From Vicugna vicugna (taxonomy: Eukaryota): a stretch of DNA of 64,000 bases. Each line of letters opens with the position of its first letter. The stretch's first letter is position 1. The stretch spans positions 9,775,720-9,839,719 of the forward strand of contig MU058065.1 of NCBI GenBank assembly GCA_013265495.1, in the 5' to 3' direction. The notes under the pieces are model-generated. The model saw nothing but the letters and a program-made list of their open reading frames with translations. It was not told the origin of the DNA and ran no database searches. The position numbers and the translations under genes were made by a program. Positions 1 through 12,527 of the stretch are shown one piece after another.

Positions 1-300
1 GTGCCAGAACATCCTTCCTTTTTAAGGCTAAATACTATTCTATTGTATGTATGTACCACATTTTATTTATTCATTCATCCATCAATGGACACTTGAATTG
101 CCTCCACCTTTTGGCTAAGTGAATAACACTTCTATGCACATGAGTGTACAAATATCTCCTGGAGACCTTGCCTTCAGTTCTTTTAGGTTTGTGCCCAAAA
201 GTGGAATTGCTGTATCCAATGGTAATTCCATTTTACATTACCAGTACACAAGGGTTCTAATTTCTCCACAACCTCACCAATTGTCATTATTTTGTTATTT
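1..300 (-). mobile_element. Old L1 (L1MA/MB-like) 3' region fragment
   Basis: Diverged match to the young L1 3' end in this window ('catccatcaatggacacttgaattg' vs 'tccagtcacctgttgatggacatttaggctg' at ~8521). No intact ORF. Confidence 0.75.
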
Positions 301-649
301 TTTTAAAAAACATGATTCATAGAATTTTATTTTTAAATTCTGAAATGAAAAACTGCACAACATCAGCATATTTGAAATACTGGGCTCCAGGGCTGGTGGG
401 AGGAGAGGAGTCAGGTCTGCTGGTGCTGGTGAATGCCCATCTCTACACCAAAAGTGTCTTTGTTTTTGATAGTAACCATCCTAAAGTGTGTGTACATTCT
501 CTTCTAATCAGTGAGTTTCCCCTCCATCTCTCTGTCTTCTCTCTTTTTAAAGAAACAAGATGGTTCTGTTTTCTATCATCAAGATTTTTCTGATTGCATG
601 CCTCTACTGCCAATTTACAATGCAATGCTTGTAAAAACCCATTAGTCCT

Positions 650-1460
650 GAATTTGAATTAGGGGTATCAGTGAGGTATGGACATGTAGTATATTTTATT
701 CTTTTTCCAAATCACATACTTCCTAACTTTGTTCCCTGTAATGGCCTAGAACAATGACCAACCCAAGCCACCAATGAGTACCACCAGCTTGCATTTCTCC
801 TTACACATAAACTATAACGTTTTGGTGAAAAGGCTGATTTCAGGTCTGGGGTGGGAAATGCACAAGATGAACATGGAAATCTTGTCACATCTGAAAGCAA
901 AGTCACTATCAAAGACTGCTGAAATTGTTTCAAAAGGACTCAGGAACCAACTTGAGCAGGTTGGCATTGGCTAAAGATGGCCTAATTTGTGCACAAATAA
1001 ATAGTTGCAATGGATTAAAATATAACAAATATACTTACAGAAATACATGCAGAATGAAAAAACTAAAGAAAGATCCATTAGTCACCTTTGGAGGCACCTA
1101 TAGATCCAATTCATTATTTTGAAAGCTAGTAAGTAAGTTAATAAATCTTTTATTCTGTCTTTTCTATACTGGACCTAAGATAATCAAATTCCTGATGAGA
1201 TACTTTCTCTTTACAAAGTATTGCAGTTCATCAATGAAGAAAAACAGTAGTACAGTAACATTTGGCAACTCCTACTGGCCGAAGGAGCTGGGCTTTGAGC
1301 ATCAGTGTCTGCTACCATCATGAAATGGGCGACGACCAGACATTGTGTGCCACCCAATGGAAGTTCACAGCATCATCTCTAAAGTAGTCTTGCCAAAATG
1401 GCAAAAACTGAATCTCATTAAACCTGTAGATTTACCTACAAGTTTACAAGAAATATGAAT
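650..1460 (+). mobile_element. Old L1MC-like 3' UTR fragment
   Basis: 'ggtctggggtgggaaatgcacaagatgaacatggaaatcttgtc...aaaaggactcaggaaccaacttg...aaagatgg' resembles the recalled L1MC3/4 3' consensus. Boundaries approximate. Confidence 0.6.
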
Positions 1461-2427
1461 CAAATGGAACAACTGTTTTTTCTTAAGTTATCTTATATAA
1501 TTAATTTCAGAAAAATAACAGACATTGAAACTAGGAATGAATGCATATCCATTGCACAAAATAAGCCTAGACTTTTCCAGAAATTTCATATAAAAGCACA
1601 TAAGTATTTGCCTAGTTCAGATTTTTGTCTTAAGAAGGGGTTAATCTTAGTGGCAAAGGAGACTTTTTAAAAGCGCTTGGCACTTAACATGACGCCTATT
1701 ATTTCTCTCGACATCCTATCTTCTTATCTTGCTCTTGGTTTTGTGGAGTGAGATGAAAGAAAATTGCTAGCGCTCTGTAGCACTGTGTGCTTGGTTTTAG
1801 GAATCTCAGCTTTGATTCAGATATTTTAAATGTTTTCCTGTCTGAAAAAAAGGGGAAAAAAAGTGAGATTCAAATAAGGGGCCAACAGGGAGAGGGACAG
1901 TTAAATTGGATTCTATAGTGTTCAGTTCCCTGACTACAAGAATAATCCTATTAATAATCTTGCCTTCTGACCTTGTGTAGTCGGAATTCTTTGTTCCCTA
2001 TCTGCAGAATACATACATCTTTCAGTGGATAGTGAAAATCTGAAAAATTTGAAAAATCGACTTAAGAGTTACTTGCTTTACTTGGAAACCAAGGAAGAAT
2101 CTGAGGATCTATCCCCTAGGTCAAGTCCAGGAATGTTAAGATATTATTCACTTTAATGATTACCACAGACTTCTTTTTGTATGAGAGCAAGCTACAAACC
2201 ACAAGATGACTCACAATGAATCTTCATCTGAAGGCACGTTATTTACTGCTTGTTTCAAATCTACTTGTGATTAACACTTACAAAAATGTATTATGTGGTG
2301 TTGGCTTAGTTCTTCAAACACCTGAAAATTATTCATTAAATATGTAGTGAGTGCCAGCCCAGTACCAAGTATGATACTGGATCATGAGACTCTAGCAACG
2401 CACAAGGTCTCTCCTCTGCAGGAGGTT

Positions 2428-2870
2428 ATAGTTTGGTGGGTTTTCCAGGAAAGCACGTGCCGAGATGAAATTAGAAGTGCGAGAGATTGGAGGAAGTCCC
2501 TGCGAAGGATCATGGAGAAGGGAGTGGGAGTAGGTGAGGAGAGCTCAGACCATGATGCAGGTCTGACAGTGTTGCAGGAAGGAAGGAAGGAGGTTATGGT
2601 AGGAAGAACCTACATCCATAGTGTGGCTCTGAAAAGGTCTTGGCCAGGCTGACGGGGAGCTCATTAGAGGAGTCACATTGTTCACACTGGCCAGGGATGG
2701 CCCAGCTTGAATACCTCTGCTGTGCGTAGTCACTGGCTCAGAGCAGCTCTGGCAAGGTGTGTCCTTGGTGTGAATGCCATGGTGGAGCCAGGCGGTGTGG
2801 CAGGTGGAGGCTGTCCGCTGACTGCACAAGCTCTTTCCTGAAGGCTGATCTAAAAGGCACAGTGCCACAG
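2428..2870. mobile_element. Old ERVL-class LTR (LTR16/LTR33-like)
   Basis: 'gagagctcagaccatgatgcaggtctgacag...gaaaaggtcttggccaggctgacgggg' resembles old ERVL LTR consensus sequences from memory. Confidence 0.45.
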
Positions 2871-3619
2871 CTGTAGCAGTGGGGAAGGCAAACATTGAGC
2901 TAACGGATACAGGAATAAGGCATATTGCAGTAAGGCTATTCTAGGGGTATTTGGTGGTACAGCAGGGGAAGTTTATCTGCAGTCACTGTCCCCTGTTAGG
3001 CTCTGTGTCATAGGGAACAATGTTACCCAGGCTTCCTTATCCTGTGCCTTTCAGAGAGGTTCAGCCGTGAACGGCAGTGGCAAGAAATTGAAAGGTGGAG
3101 GGGAGGAGAGTCCGATGTGTTTCTCCACTTGTCTGTCTGCCTCCTCTGGTCCCTGCAGCAATAGCCACATCTCTTCTGGGTTTCTAGCTCCCATCAGAGA
3201 GTCCCTCATCTTGTGGTTCCAGCTTCCTCTGAAAAGCCATGATTTCTGGGACACTGCTTGTTGCCAATGTCCTTTTATTCCACAGAGATAATAGTGACTT
3301 CCTGCTGTTATTAATCCTTCCCTGTAATGAGTCTTTTGCCTCATTGTCCCCTATTTAGTTTCATACTTTTTCATTCCCTTTGTAACTGATTCCTGGTATT
3401 AAGTCCCTTCTGCTTGAAAGACCTAGAGAGCTCTCATTTCCTATTTACACCCTGAGTGGTAGACCTAGTCTGGAAGATGTCACAGAAAAGACTTTTCTAA
3501 GGGAAAGTTACATTTAAGCTTAAACCTGAGGGATGAGAAGGAGCTATCCAAAATGGACTGACCACAGGCCTGTCATTGGAATATGATAGTTTTTATTTTA
3601 AATGGTTTGTTAGTTTTCA

Positions 3620-3830
3620 AGCAGCTTAATGGTCAAAAGTACAGATTTTGGAGCTGGGGTGCTTGGGTACAATCACAGCATGTTACTTTTTGGATAAGTG
3701 ATTTCAAGCAGTTTACGAAGTTCCCTGGGCTTCAGCATCCTCTTTACTAAAATAATAATAATAATAATAATAGTACCACCTTCTATGAAAGCTGCAAGAA
3801 ACAATAGTTAATATACGTAGACAACTTAAC
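3620..3830. mobile_element. MIR SINE relic containing (AAT)7
   Basis: MIR-core-like 'ttccctgggcttcagcatcctctttactaaaataata...tagtacc'. (AAT)7 at 3751-3771. Confidence 0.6.
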
Positions 3831-3849
3831 GTTTGATATTATTCTTTCT

Positions 3850-4250
3850 CACTTGTGTGACAGGAATTTGCAGAAGATTTCTATGCGAATGTGCACTCTG
3901 AGCCTTCAGAAGGATGTTGTCTTTGGGTAGATGCTGCTTCATTTTCATTCTGAATCGGATGTTTCAGGGGAGAAGTCTGAGGCCATCCTGACTTTTTGTT
4001 ACTTATCCTAGGACGTCTTTTTCTGCCTGGATACTTGGGGGGTTTCTTCTCATTTTAGAAATTCAGTAATTTTATTAAGGTATTTCAAGGTGTTGGTCAC
4101 TCTTATTGTTTTGATCGACATTTGGGTATGTCCTATTATTTTGTAAGTTTATTCATTTCTTTCTTTTAGGAGAGGGTTTTATTTGTTTGTTTTCCCCTAT
4201 TGTATCATTGACAAGTTTTTCTGTTCTATTATGTTTGTCTGGGGGAAGCC
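3850..4250 (-). mobile_element. Old L1M 5'/ORF1-region fragment
   Basis: 'gagaagtctgaggccatcctga...tttctgcctggatac...gaaattcagtaattttattaagg' is typical of antisense L1M ORF1-region relics. Confidence 0.45.
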
Positions 4251-4849
4251 AGTGTTTTCCTTTCAGCTTACAAATTGGTTCGGTGAGTTTACTTGACATT
4301 TTCGTAAAAGGCAGCAGGCCCTTATAACCAAGGCAAATGGTTATGGTACGTACCATCAAAAGTCAGGCGAAATCTGGAGACAGCGTTGTTGTTCTTTAGA
4401 TATTTAATGACCTCTCTGATGTAGATGGCACCTGTCCAGCTGCTGGAGTTTGTGTGATCAGCTGGAATCTGCTTGGTTAGTTAGAAAGCTGCATTTGCGC
4501 TCATGGTCTGCCTCCCCAGCCCCATCTCACTTTTGTTATGTCTTCTTCATTTGGAGCAGTCCAGGGTTTCAGTTACACCCAATACTAGGCTTTGTTCAGT
4601 GATCAATATACTTCTGGGCTGTAGCCAATGACAAGCTACAAATTTCCACACGTGACAGAAGTAATCAAAGCTTAACTGGGCAAAGACCCTTAGGGGTTGA
4701 TTTGCTCGCACTAGAGAGCCAGTCCGTCCCTGTTCTTCACTGGCTGAATCCGGAAGTACAGGCTGCAGAGCAGCCACAGAGGAACATCTTGGGAGTGAGC
4801 ATCACAATCCGGGATAACCTGGACTTTCAGAACTGTCGTCACGTGGCAG

Positions 4850-5100
4850 TGATGTGGCGATGAAGAGCCCGGACTGCAGAGAAAGATGAACAAGGCTCAC
4901 GTCCCTGTTCTCTCTTCTCCAGACTGTGTGATCTTTGACCAGGGACTCAACTCTGCTAAGCTTTAGGTTGCCAACCTGTAAAATGGTGGTGATAATAACA
5001 CTTCCCTCATGGGGTTGTTGGTGATTTTTAAGTTAGATAATGCTTTGCATGGTCCCTGACGCACAGAAAATATTCCATGTGCCTAAGTGGTAGTTACTGT
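4850..5100. mobile_element. MIR SINE relic
   Basis: 'ctgtgtgatcttt...cctgtaaaatggtggtgataataacacttccctcatggggttgttggtgatt' matches the MIR core. Confidence 0.7.
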
Positions 5101-6364
5101 CGTTTTGAGTATTACTGCTCAGTGTCTAAATCAGCATTGTCTGCTTTACTGCTGTGTCTTATTTTTGTCTAATAAATACACTTGTCCTCAGATAAGACAT
5201 TGGGACTGTGGCTCTCATATTTGGCTCTGGAGGAAAGCAAGCCACAAACGGAGCAGGAGGATCATAACTGGTCATTTGAGCTAGCATTCACTTTTTTAGC
5301 AAGAATAAACTGGAGGAGGATGCTGGAAGCCTAAAGCCCGGTTTGTTAAATGGCTTTGGACTGGAGTGTTCTATTTTCTCCTCAAGGAAGATCAGTTATC
5401 CAGATGTCAGATGTCTGCTGCTTGCTCTTCTATTCTATCCCTTTTCTCTGACTTTATCATTTCTTTTTCCTTTCCCTTTTCTTTCTGAAAGAACCTGTCA
5501 GATCTCTCCCCACATCCCAGATTTAATGTTCTGCAAGGTCACTTTACTGCTGTGAGTGATATTTTAAATACTATCATGACATTATTAGTTACCTTACATG
5601 CTTTACTCTTTCCCCTAATGCAGTCACTCCCTTTCAAAAATATCTCCCTCTATCTTATCTTCTTTTTGAAACAGTGTAAAAACAATGTTCTAAAATGTTT
5701 GAATGTTTGTGTCTTGGAACATAGCTTTGTAAAAATACACTCTTCCAGCTTTATCATGTTAGTTTTATGTTCTTGCCAAAACTTTTCAAAGGACTTAACA
5801 CTGTTTATTTTTGTGTATACTTATCTTTTTGATAGAAGGCAAGTCTATTTTGATCTATTATTTGAGCAAAAATTCAGATAGTACATTCTCTCTGGGTGTG
5901 CTCACTGCTTAGCTTAATGTCGTTCACTCTTCCTTTCATATCTTATGCTGAAAAGAGATAATATGGGTTCATATTAAGAGTCTGACTATCAGGTACATGG
6001 ATAAGAATGGAGTGGAAAGTGGGGCGTGAGCAGTCCCAGAAGGAGAGCAGCACTCCCTCTACTTGTTGAAGCCAGCGGTCAGGTTTCCGTATCTGATTTC
6101 CCCTTTTACCTGGTGGTTGCTTTTAGGTACGTGAAGACATTTTTCTATTATCTGCCTGCCAATCTGAGTAAATTTTCTTTTGTTTTAGGAAAATGCCTCA
6201 GAGCCAGCATGAATTTGTCTGTTGGTGAGAAGCTGCCTGTCTGTGCTTCCTTTTGTGTGGCCCCATGTATTTTCTCAGCCCCATGCTTTTGCCTTGGATT
6301 GTTTTCATGAAGCCCTGAAATCGACTCTAAGGCAAGAAATTCCTATTTTTCCTAAATTTCTTTC

Positions 6365-6452
6365 ATCCCTTTTCCCCTTCTTCCTCCCTCCCTCCTTTGC
6401 TTCCTTCCTCCCTTCCTTCCTCCTTTTCTCCTTTTCTCCCTCTCTCTCTCTA
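6365..6452 (+). repeat. CT-rich low-complexity tract
   Basis: Polypyrimidine (CCTT/CT)n run visible in the sequence. Confidence 0.85.
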
Positions 6453-6592
6453 TGAAAAATTCCTCTTTAATTTAGAGCAGTATTCCATCACACTGGGGAA
6501 GAGGAATCCATAACAGGAAATTAGGGTCAGCAAAAATCCCTGCATCTCCCTGCTTGATGTCTTGATGTGGTTTGTTCCTTTGACACTGATGT

Positions 6593-7162
6593 TGTTGCCA
6601 AACTCAGGTCCAGCTGCTCACAGCTCAAAAAATCAATACCCGAGAGGCAAGTGTTGGTAGAAAGGAAAGATGCCTTTAATCAGAGTGCTGGCAATCTGGG
6701 GAGAAGGTAGACTCGTGTCCCCCCAAAACCGACTCTGAAGAGTCTGCTCAGCTACCCAAGTTTTTGACGGGAAAAGGGGACGTAATCTCAGTTAATCACT
6801 GAGATAGAAGATCAAACTTGTAGCCGTCTCCCGCTGCGTGCGGGCTTGTGGACGCCTCGTGGTCTTTCTTTAGATGCTACCTTGTTCACACAGTCTGTTT
6901 GCGAGATTACTGAAGGGGAAGCTAGGGAAGAGACCTGGTCATCTCTTAATTACTTATTCTCCGTTTCTACTTTGTTCATCTAGGGAAGAAACCAACAAGG
7001 TATTGTGTGATCAAAAGATTTGAAAGGTGTGCTTGGGCCAGAGATGAGTAGAGGACCATGGAGTCGCCTGGTTTAATAGTTAGTCACAAGGTAGCTTTGC
7101 TCAAGTGACAAGGCAAAGGGGGTTTCCTGCTGAGACTGGCTTCCTGCAAAGAGCTATTTACA
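6593..7162 (-). mobile_element. ERV1-like 3' LTR
   Basis: TG...CA termini (tgttgcca...tttaca). Minus-strand ATTAAA at ~6675. Immediately preceded on the minus strand by a purine-rich tract (gacaggggatgggggatc, 7163-7180). Confidence 0.65.
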
Positions 7163-7410
7163 GATCCCCCATCCCCTGTCAGACATTATTCCAATTCTAT
7201 GGGATTATGGATGAAGTTCTATCTTCTGTAACTGCTTCATGCAGAGAAAGGGCATCAAGGATTTAGGGTGAAAGATACCAACATGGGTTTGAAGCATCTC
7301 TTTGCTAGTAGTTTTAGTTTACATATCATATATGAGCAGAGCAAACTACTATTAAGTTGTTGTCCACTAAGATATAGATCATTAAGAGCAGTAGTATTGG
7401 TCCCATTCTC
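7163..7410 (-). mobile_element. ERV internal remnant (PPT plus possible env TM tail)
   Basis: PPT adjacent to the LTR. Minus-strand peptide 'MGPILLLLMIYIL' near 7370-7405 resembles an env membrane-spanning segment. Confidence 0.4.
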
Positions 7411-7725
7411 ATAAGGCCAGTTCTTGGAATTGTGCTAATCAGAGATTCAGCACTGTTCAAGACAGAGCAGCTTATGTCCTGTCTGCAGTCTGTCATTGTG
7501 CAGTTGCTTTTCCCCTCGGGCGGCAGTTGTAGTATCTGTAAAATGACTCAGGAATGTGCATCAGATACGAAATCTGTGACTCTATTGTCCTAACCATTAA
7601 CTGCTTGAACCTGCTCTTTTGTGACCCAAGGAGGACTGGGAGACTTCAGCTTTTCTACAAACAATTCAGGGTGCATAAAGGGTCTTTGTATGCGAGGGGA
7701 CCCTGCAGGGTTCTGCTTGGTCCCA
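7410..7725. mobile_element. Second LTR fragment (ERV1-like)
   Basis: Ends in 'gggggaccctgcagggttctgcttggtccca', similar to recalled laurasiatherian ERV1 LTR termini. Confidence 0.45.
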
Positions 7726-7882
7726 GTGAGATGGGACAAGGGGGTCCAAGTGGACTTGTATGCTGCACGAGTGGCCAGGCCCAGGGAACTGAGTCCCCCC
7801 TGGGGTGGGGGTGTTTGTTTCTAATTTGCACAGAAGTTTAGGCCCTTGCAACATTAGGTGTTTGTGGGCTGTGCTTTCTTGA

Positions 7883-7923
7883 AAAGTAAAATTATCAGCT
7901 CTTTTTTTTAAACTTTTTTTTTT
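7883..7923 (+). repeat. Left copy of L1 target-site duplication
   Basis: aaagtaaaattatcagctc-T8-aaac-T10, identical to 12528-12568. Confidence 0.85.
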
Positions 7924-10900
7924 TTTAACTGTGTTTTGGAAGAGCACAATGTAAACCCAAGGGGCCCCATGCTGGTGTTCGGTGAATTTACTTTTTTTTT
8001 TTTTTAAGTCACTTAATTTTTTTTATTTTTTTTAACATTTTTTATTGATTTATAATCATTTTACAATGTTGTGTCAAATTCCAGTGTTCAGCACAATGTT
8101 TCAGTCATTCATGGACATATACACACTCATTGTCACATTTTTTTCTCTGTGAGTTATCATAACATTTTTTGTATGTTTCCCTGTGCTATACAGTGTAATC
8201 TTGTTTATCTATTCTACAATTTTGAAATCCCAGTCTATCCCTTCCCACCCTCTACCCCCCTGGTAACCACAAGTCTGTATTCTCTGTCCATGAGTCTATT
8301 TCTGTCCTGTATTTATGCTTTGTTTTTGTTTGTTTGTTTGTTTTTGTTTTTTAGATTCCACATATGAGCGATCTCATATGGTATTTTTCTTTCTCTTTCT
8401 GGCTTACTTCACTTAGAATGACATTCTCCAGGAGCATCCATGTTGCTGCAAATGGCATTATGTTGTCGGTTTTTATGGCTGAGTAGTATTCCATTGTATA
8501 AATATACCACCTCTTCTTTATCCAGTCACCTGTTGATGGACATTTAGGCTGTTTCCATGTTTTGGCTATTGTAAATAGTGCTGCTATGAACATTGGGGTG
8601 CAGGTGTCATCCTGAAGTAGATTTCCTTCTGGATACAAGCCCAGGAGTGGGATTCCTGGGTCATATGGTAAGTCTATTCCTAGTCTTTTGAGGAATCTCC
8701 ACACTGTTTTCCATAGTGGCTGCACCAAACTGCATTCCCACCAGCAGTGTAGGAGGGTTCCCCTTTCTCCACAGCCTCTCCAGCATTTGTCATTTGTGGA
8801 TTTTTGAATGACGGCCATTCTGACTGGTGTGAGGTGATACCTCATTGTAGTTTTGATTTGCATTTCTCTGATAATTAGTGATATTGAGCATTTTTTCATG
8901 TGCTTTTTGATCATTTGTATGTCTTCCTTGGAGAATTGCTTGTTTAGGTCTTCTGCCCATTTTTGGATTGGGTTGTTTATTTTTTTCTTATTGAGTCGTA
9001 TGAGCTGCTTATATATTTTGGAGATCAAGCCTTTGTCGGTTTCACTTGCAAAAATTTTCTCCCATTCCGTAGGTTTTCTTCTTGTTTTATTTCTGGTTTC
9101 CTTTGCTCTGCAGAAGCTTGTAAGTTTCATTAGGTCCCATTTGTTTATTCTTGCTTTTATTTCTTCTAGGAGAAAATTTTTGAAATGTATGTCAGATAAT
9201 GTTTTGCCTATGTTTTCCTCTAGGAGGTTTATTGTATCTTGTCTTATGTTTAAGTCTTTAATCCATTTTGAGTTGATTTTTGTATATGGTGTAAGGGTGT
9301 GTTCTAGCTTCATTGTTTTACATGCTGCTGTCCAGTTTTCCCAACACCATTTGCTGAAGAGACTGTCTTTATTCCATTGTATATTCTTGCCTCCTTTGTC
9401 GAAGATGAGTTGACCAAAAGTTTGTGGGTTCATTTCTGGGCTCTCTATTCTGTTCCATTGGTCTATATGTCTGTTTTGGTACCAATACCATGCTGTCTTG
9501 ATGACTGTAGCTCTATAGTATTGTCTGAAGTCTGGGAGAGTTATTCCTCCAGCCTCTTTCTTTCTCTTCAGTAATGCTTTAGCAATTCTAGGTCTTTGAT
9601 GGTTCCATATAAATTTTATTATGATTTGTTCTAGTTCTGTGAAATATGTCCTGGGTAATTGGATAGGGATTGCATTAAATCTGTAGATTGCCTTGGGCAG
9701 TGTGACCATTTTAACAATATTGATTCTTCCAATCCAAGAGCATGGAATATCTTTCCATTTTTTAAAGTCTTCTTTAATTTCCTTCATCAATGGTTTATAG
9801 TTTTCTGTGTATAATTCTTTCACCTCCTTGGTTAGATTTATTCCCAGATATTTTATTACTTTGGGTGCTATTTTAAAGGGGATTGTTTCTTTACTTTCTT
9901 TTTCTGTTGATTTATCGTTAGTGTAAAGAAAGGCAACTGATTTTTGAACATTAATTTTGTAACCTGCTACCTTGCTGAATTCTTCGATCAGCTCTAGTAG
10001 CTTTTTTGTGGACCTTTTAGGGTTTTCTATATATAGTAACATGTCGTCAGCATATAATGACACTTTTACCTCTTCTTTTCCAATTTGGATCCCTTTTATT
10101 TCTTTCTCTTGCCTGATTGCTGTGGCTAGGACTTCCAGGACTATATTGAATAGGAGTGGTGATAGTGGGCATCCTTGTCTTGTCCCAGATTTTAGTGGGA
10201 AGCTTTTGAGTTTTTCACCGTTGAGAACTATGCTGGCTATAGGTTTGTCATATATAGCTTTTATTATGTTGAGATATGTTCCCTCTATACCCACTTTGGC
10301 GAGAGTTTTTATCATAAATGGGTGTTGAATTTTATCAAATGCTTTTTCTGCATCGATTGAGATGATCATGTGGTTTTTGTCCTTTCTCTTGTTGATGTGA
10401 TGTATTACATTGATTGATTTGCGTATGTTGAACCAGCCTTGTGTCCCTGGGATGAACCCCACTTGGTCATGATGTATAATCTTTTTTATGTGTTGTTGGA
10501 TTCTATTTGCTAAAATTTTGGTGAGGATTTTGGCGTCTATGTTCATCAGTGATATTGGCCTATAATTCTCTTTTTTTGTAGTGTCTTTGCCTGGTTTTGG
10601 TATCAGGGTGATGGTGGCTTCATAGAATGAGTTTGGGAGTATTCCCTCCTTTTCAATCGTCTGGAAGAGTTTGAGAAGGACTGGTATGAGTTCTTCTTTG
10701 TATGTTTGGTAGAATTCCCCGGTGAAGCCGTCCGGTCCTGGACTTTTATTTGTAGGGAGGTTTTTAATTGCTATTTCTATTTCCTTTCTAGTGATCGGAT
10801 TGTTCAAGTGTTCAGTTTCTTCTTGATTCAGTTTTGGTGGACAGTATGTTTCCAGAAACTTGTCCATCTCCTCTAGGTTATCCAGTTTGGTTCCATATAG

Positions 10901-12527
10901 TTTTTCATAATATTCTCGTATGATATTCTGTATTTCTATTTTGTTTGTTGTAATTTCTCCATTTTCCTTTCTTATTTTGCTAATTTGTGCTCTCTCTTTT
11001 TTCTTCTTTGTGAGTTTGGCCAGAGGTTTGTCGATTTTATTTACTTTTTCAAAAAACCAGCTTTTGGTTTGGTTGATTTTTTCTATGGTCTTGTTAATCT
11101 CTATTGTATTTAATTCCTCTCTGATCTTTATTATTTCCTTCCTTCTGCTGCTTTTTGGGGCTTTTTGTTCTTCTTTTTCTAATTGATTCAGGTGGTGGGT
11201 TAACTTGTTTATTTGAGATTGTTCTTCTTTTTTGAGGAAGGCCTGTATCGCTATAAACTTCCCTCTTAGCACTGCCTTTGCTGTGTCCCATAGGTTTTGA
11301 GTGGTTGTGCTTTCATTATCATTTGTCTCAAGGTATTTTTTAATTTCAGCTTTGATTTCCTCATTGATCCATTGTTTTTTCAATAACATATTGTTTAATC
11401 TCCATGCTTTTCTTTTTTTCTCCTTTGTTTCTCTGTTGTTGATTTCCAGTTTCATGGCATTGTGGTCAGTAAAGATGCTTGAGATAATTTCTATCTTCTT
11501 AAATTTGTTGAGGTTTCTTTTGTGTCCAAGTACATGATCGATCCTGGAAAATGTTCCATGTGCACTTGAAAAGAATGTATATTCTATTTTTTGGGGGTGT
11601 AATGCTCTGAAAATATCCACCAAATCTAGTTTTTCTATTGTAGTATTTAATTTCTCTGTTGCCTTGTTTATTTTCTGTCTGGAAGATCTGTCTAGTGATG
11701 TTAATGCAGTGTTAAAATCTCCAACTATGATTGTATTCCCATCAATATCCCCCTTTATCTCTGTTAGTAATTCTTGTATGTACTTAGGTGCTCCTATATT
11801 GGGTGCATATATATTAACGAGTGTAATATCTTCATCTTGTATCACTCCTTTAATCATTATAAAATGTCCTTCTTTATCTTTCTTTATGGCCTTTGTTTTA
11901 AAGTCTATTTTGTCTGAAATCAGTACTGCAACACCTGCTTTTTTGGCTTTTCCATTTGCATGGAATATCCTTTTCCATCCTTTCACTCTCAATCTATATG
12001 TGTCCTTCTCCCTAAAGTGGGTCTCTTGTATGCAGCATATTGAAGGTTCTTGCTTTATTATCCAGTCTGCCACTCTATGTCTTTTGACTGGAGCATTTAG
12101 TCCATTAACATTTACAGTAATTAATGATAGATGTGTGTTTATTGCCATTTTGAACTTATCTTTGCAGTTGAATTGGTATATCCTCTTTGTTCCTTTCTTC
12201 TTCCTTTTGTGGTTTGGTAATTTTCCTTTGTATTATCATGGATTTTATTTAATTTTTGTGACTCCCTTGTAAATTTTTGACTTGTGGTTACCCTTTTTTG
12301 TAAATCTATTAACCTATACCCGTTTTTAATAAACTGATAATAACATGATCTCAAACCCATCCTACTGTTAAAAAAATTTAAAAAAGAAAGAAAAAAAATT
12401 CTATATTTCCCTGCCTCCCTCTCCCACTCTCAGTGATTTGTATGTCTTCTTTTATAATTTCGTGTTTTCTTTATTTGTAATTCATGAGTTATCACCTTTC
12501 CAGTTGTGAGTTTCTCATTTCTGTAGC
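7914..12527 (-). mobile_element. Young 5'-truncated LINE-1: inter-ORF spacer, intact ORF2, 3' UTR, poly(A) and extra 3' segment
   Basis: Intact ORF2, minus-strand AATAAA at 8041-8046, A-tails, and flanking direct repeat 7883-7923 / 12528-12568. No ORF1 or 5' UTR visible. Confidence 0.95.
8351..12148 (-). CDS. LINE-1 ORF2p (endonuclease / reverse transcriptase), 1265 aa
   Basis: APE-type endonuclease motifs (NVNGLN, QETH, GDFNT, RIDH, TDH), PIP-box-like QTKSWFF, KSPGPDG, RT motif YADD, and C-terminal CCHC ([18 protein letters not shown]). No internal stops. Confidence 0.97.
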   Translation of the reverse strand: MAINTHLSLITVNVNGLNAPVKRHRVADWIIKQEPSICCIQETHFREKDTYRLRVKGWKRIFHANGKAKKAGVAVLISDKIDFKTKAIKKDKEGHFIMIKGVIQDEDITLVNIYAPNIGAPKYIQELLTEIKGDIDGNTIIVGDFNTALTSLDRSSRQKINKATEKLNTTIEKLDLVDIFRALHPQKIEYTFFSSAHGTFSRIDHVLGHKRNLNKFKKIEIISSIFTDHNAMKLEINNRETKEKKRKAWRLNNMLLKKQWINEEIKAEIKKYLETNDNESTTTQNLWDTAKAVLRGKFIAIQAFLKKEEQSQINKLTHHLNQLEKEEQKAPKSSRRKEIIKIREELNTIEINKTIEKINQTKSWFFEKVNKIDKPLAKLTKKKKERAQISKIRKENGEITTNKIEIQNIIREYYEKLYGTKLDNLEEMDKFLETYCPPKLNQEETEHLNNPITRKEIEIAIKNLPTNKSPGPDGFTGEFYQTYKEELIPVLLKLFQTIEKEGILPNSFYEATITLIPKPGKDTTKKENYRPISLMNIDAKILTKILANRIQQHIKKIIHHDQVGFIPGTQGWFNIRKSINVIHHINKRKDKNHMIISIDAEKAFDKIQHPFMIKTLAKVGIEGTYLNIIKAIYDKPIASIVLNGEKLKSFPLKSGTRQGCPLSPLLFNIVLEVLATAIRQEKEIKGIQIGKEEVKVSLYADDMLLYIENPKRSTKKLLELIEEFSKVAGYKINVQKSVAFLYTNDKSTEKESKETIPFKIAPKVIKYLGINLTKEVKELYTENYKPLMKEIKEDFKKWKDIPCSWIGRINIVKMVTLPKAIYRFNAIPIQLPRTYFTELEQIIIKFIWNHQRPRIAKALLKRKKEAGGITLPDFRQYYRATVIKTAWYWYQNRHIDQWNRIESPEMNPQTFGQLIFDKGGKNIQWNKDSLFSKWCWENWTAACKTMKLEHTLTPYTKINSKWIKDLNIRQDTINLLEENIGKTLSDIHFKNFLLEEIKARINKWDLMKLTSFCRAKETRNKTRRKPTEWEKIFASETDKGLISKIYKQLIRLNKKKINNPIQKWAEDLNKQFSKEDIQMIKKHMKKCSISLIIREMQIKTTMRYHLTPVRMAVIQKSTNDKCWRGCGERGTLLHCWWECSLVQPLWKTVWRFLKRLGIDLPYDPGIPLLGLYPEGNLLQDDTCTPMFIAALFTIAKTWKQPKCPSTGDWIKKRWYIYTMEYYSAIKTDNIMPFAATWMLLENVILSEVSQKEKEKYHMRSLICGI

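Noticed and set aside
8853..12272. Several plus-strand ORFs (78-202 aa) antisense to L1 ORF2
   Set aside because: Expected antisense shadows of A-rich L1 coding sequence, with no independent gene evidence.
12139..12360. 73-aa ORF just upstream of ORF2, as a possible ORF1 remnant
   Set aside because: No recognisable ORF1p C-terminal motifs; it lies in the inter-ORF spacer.
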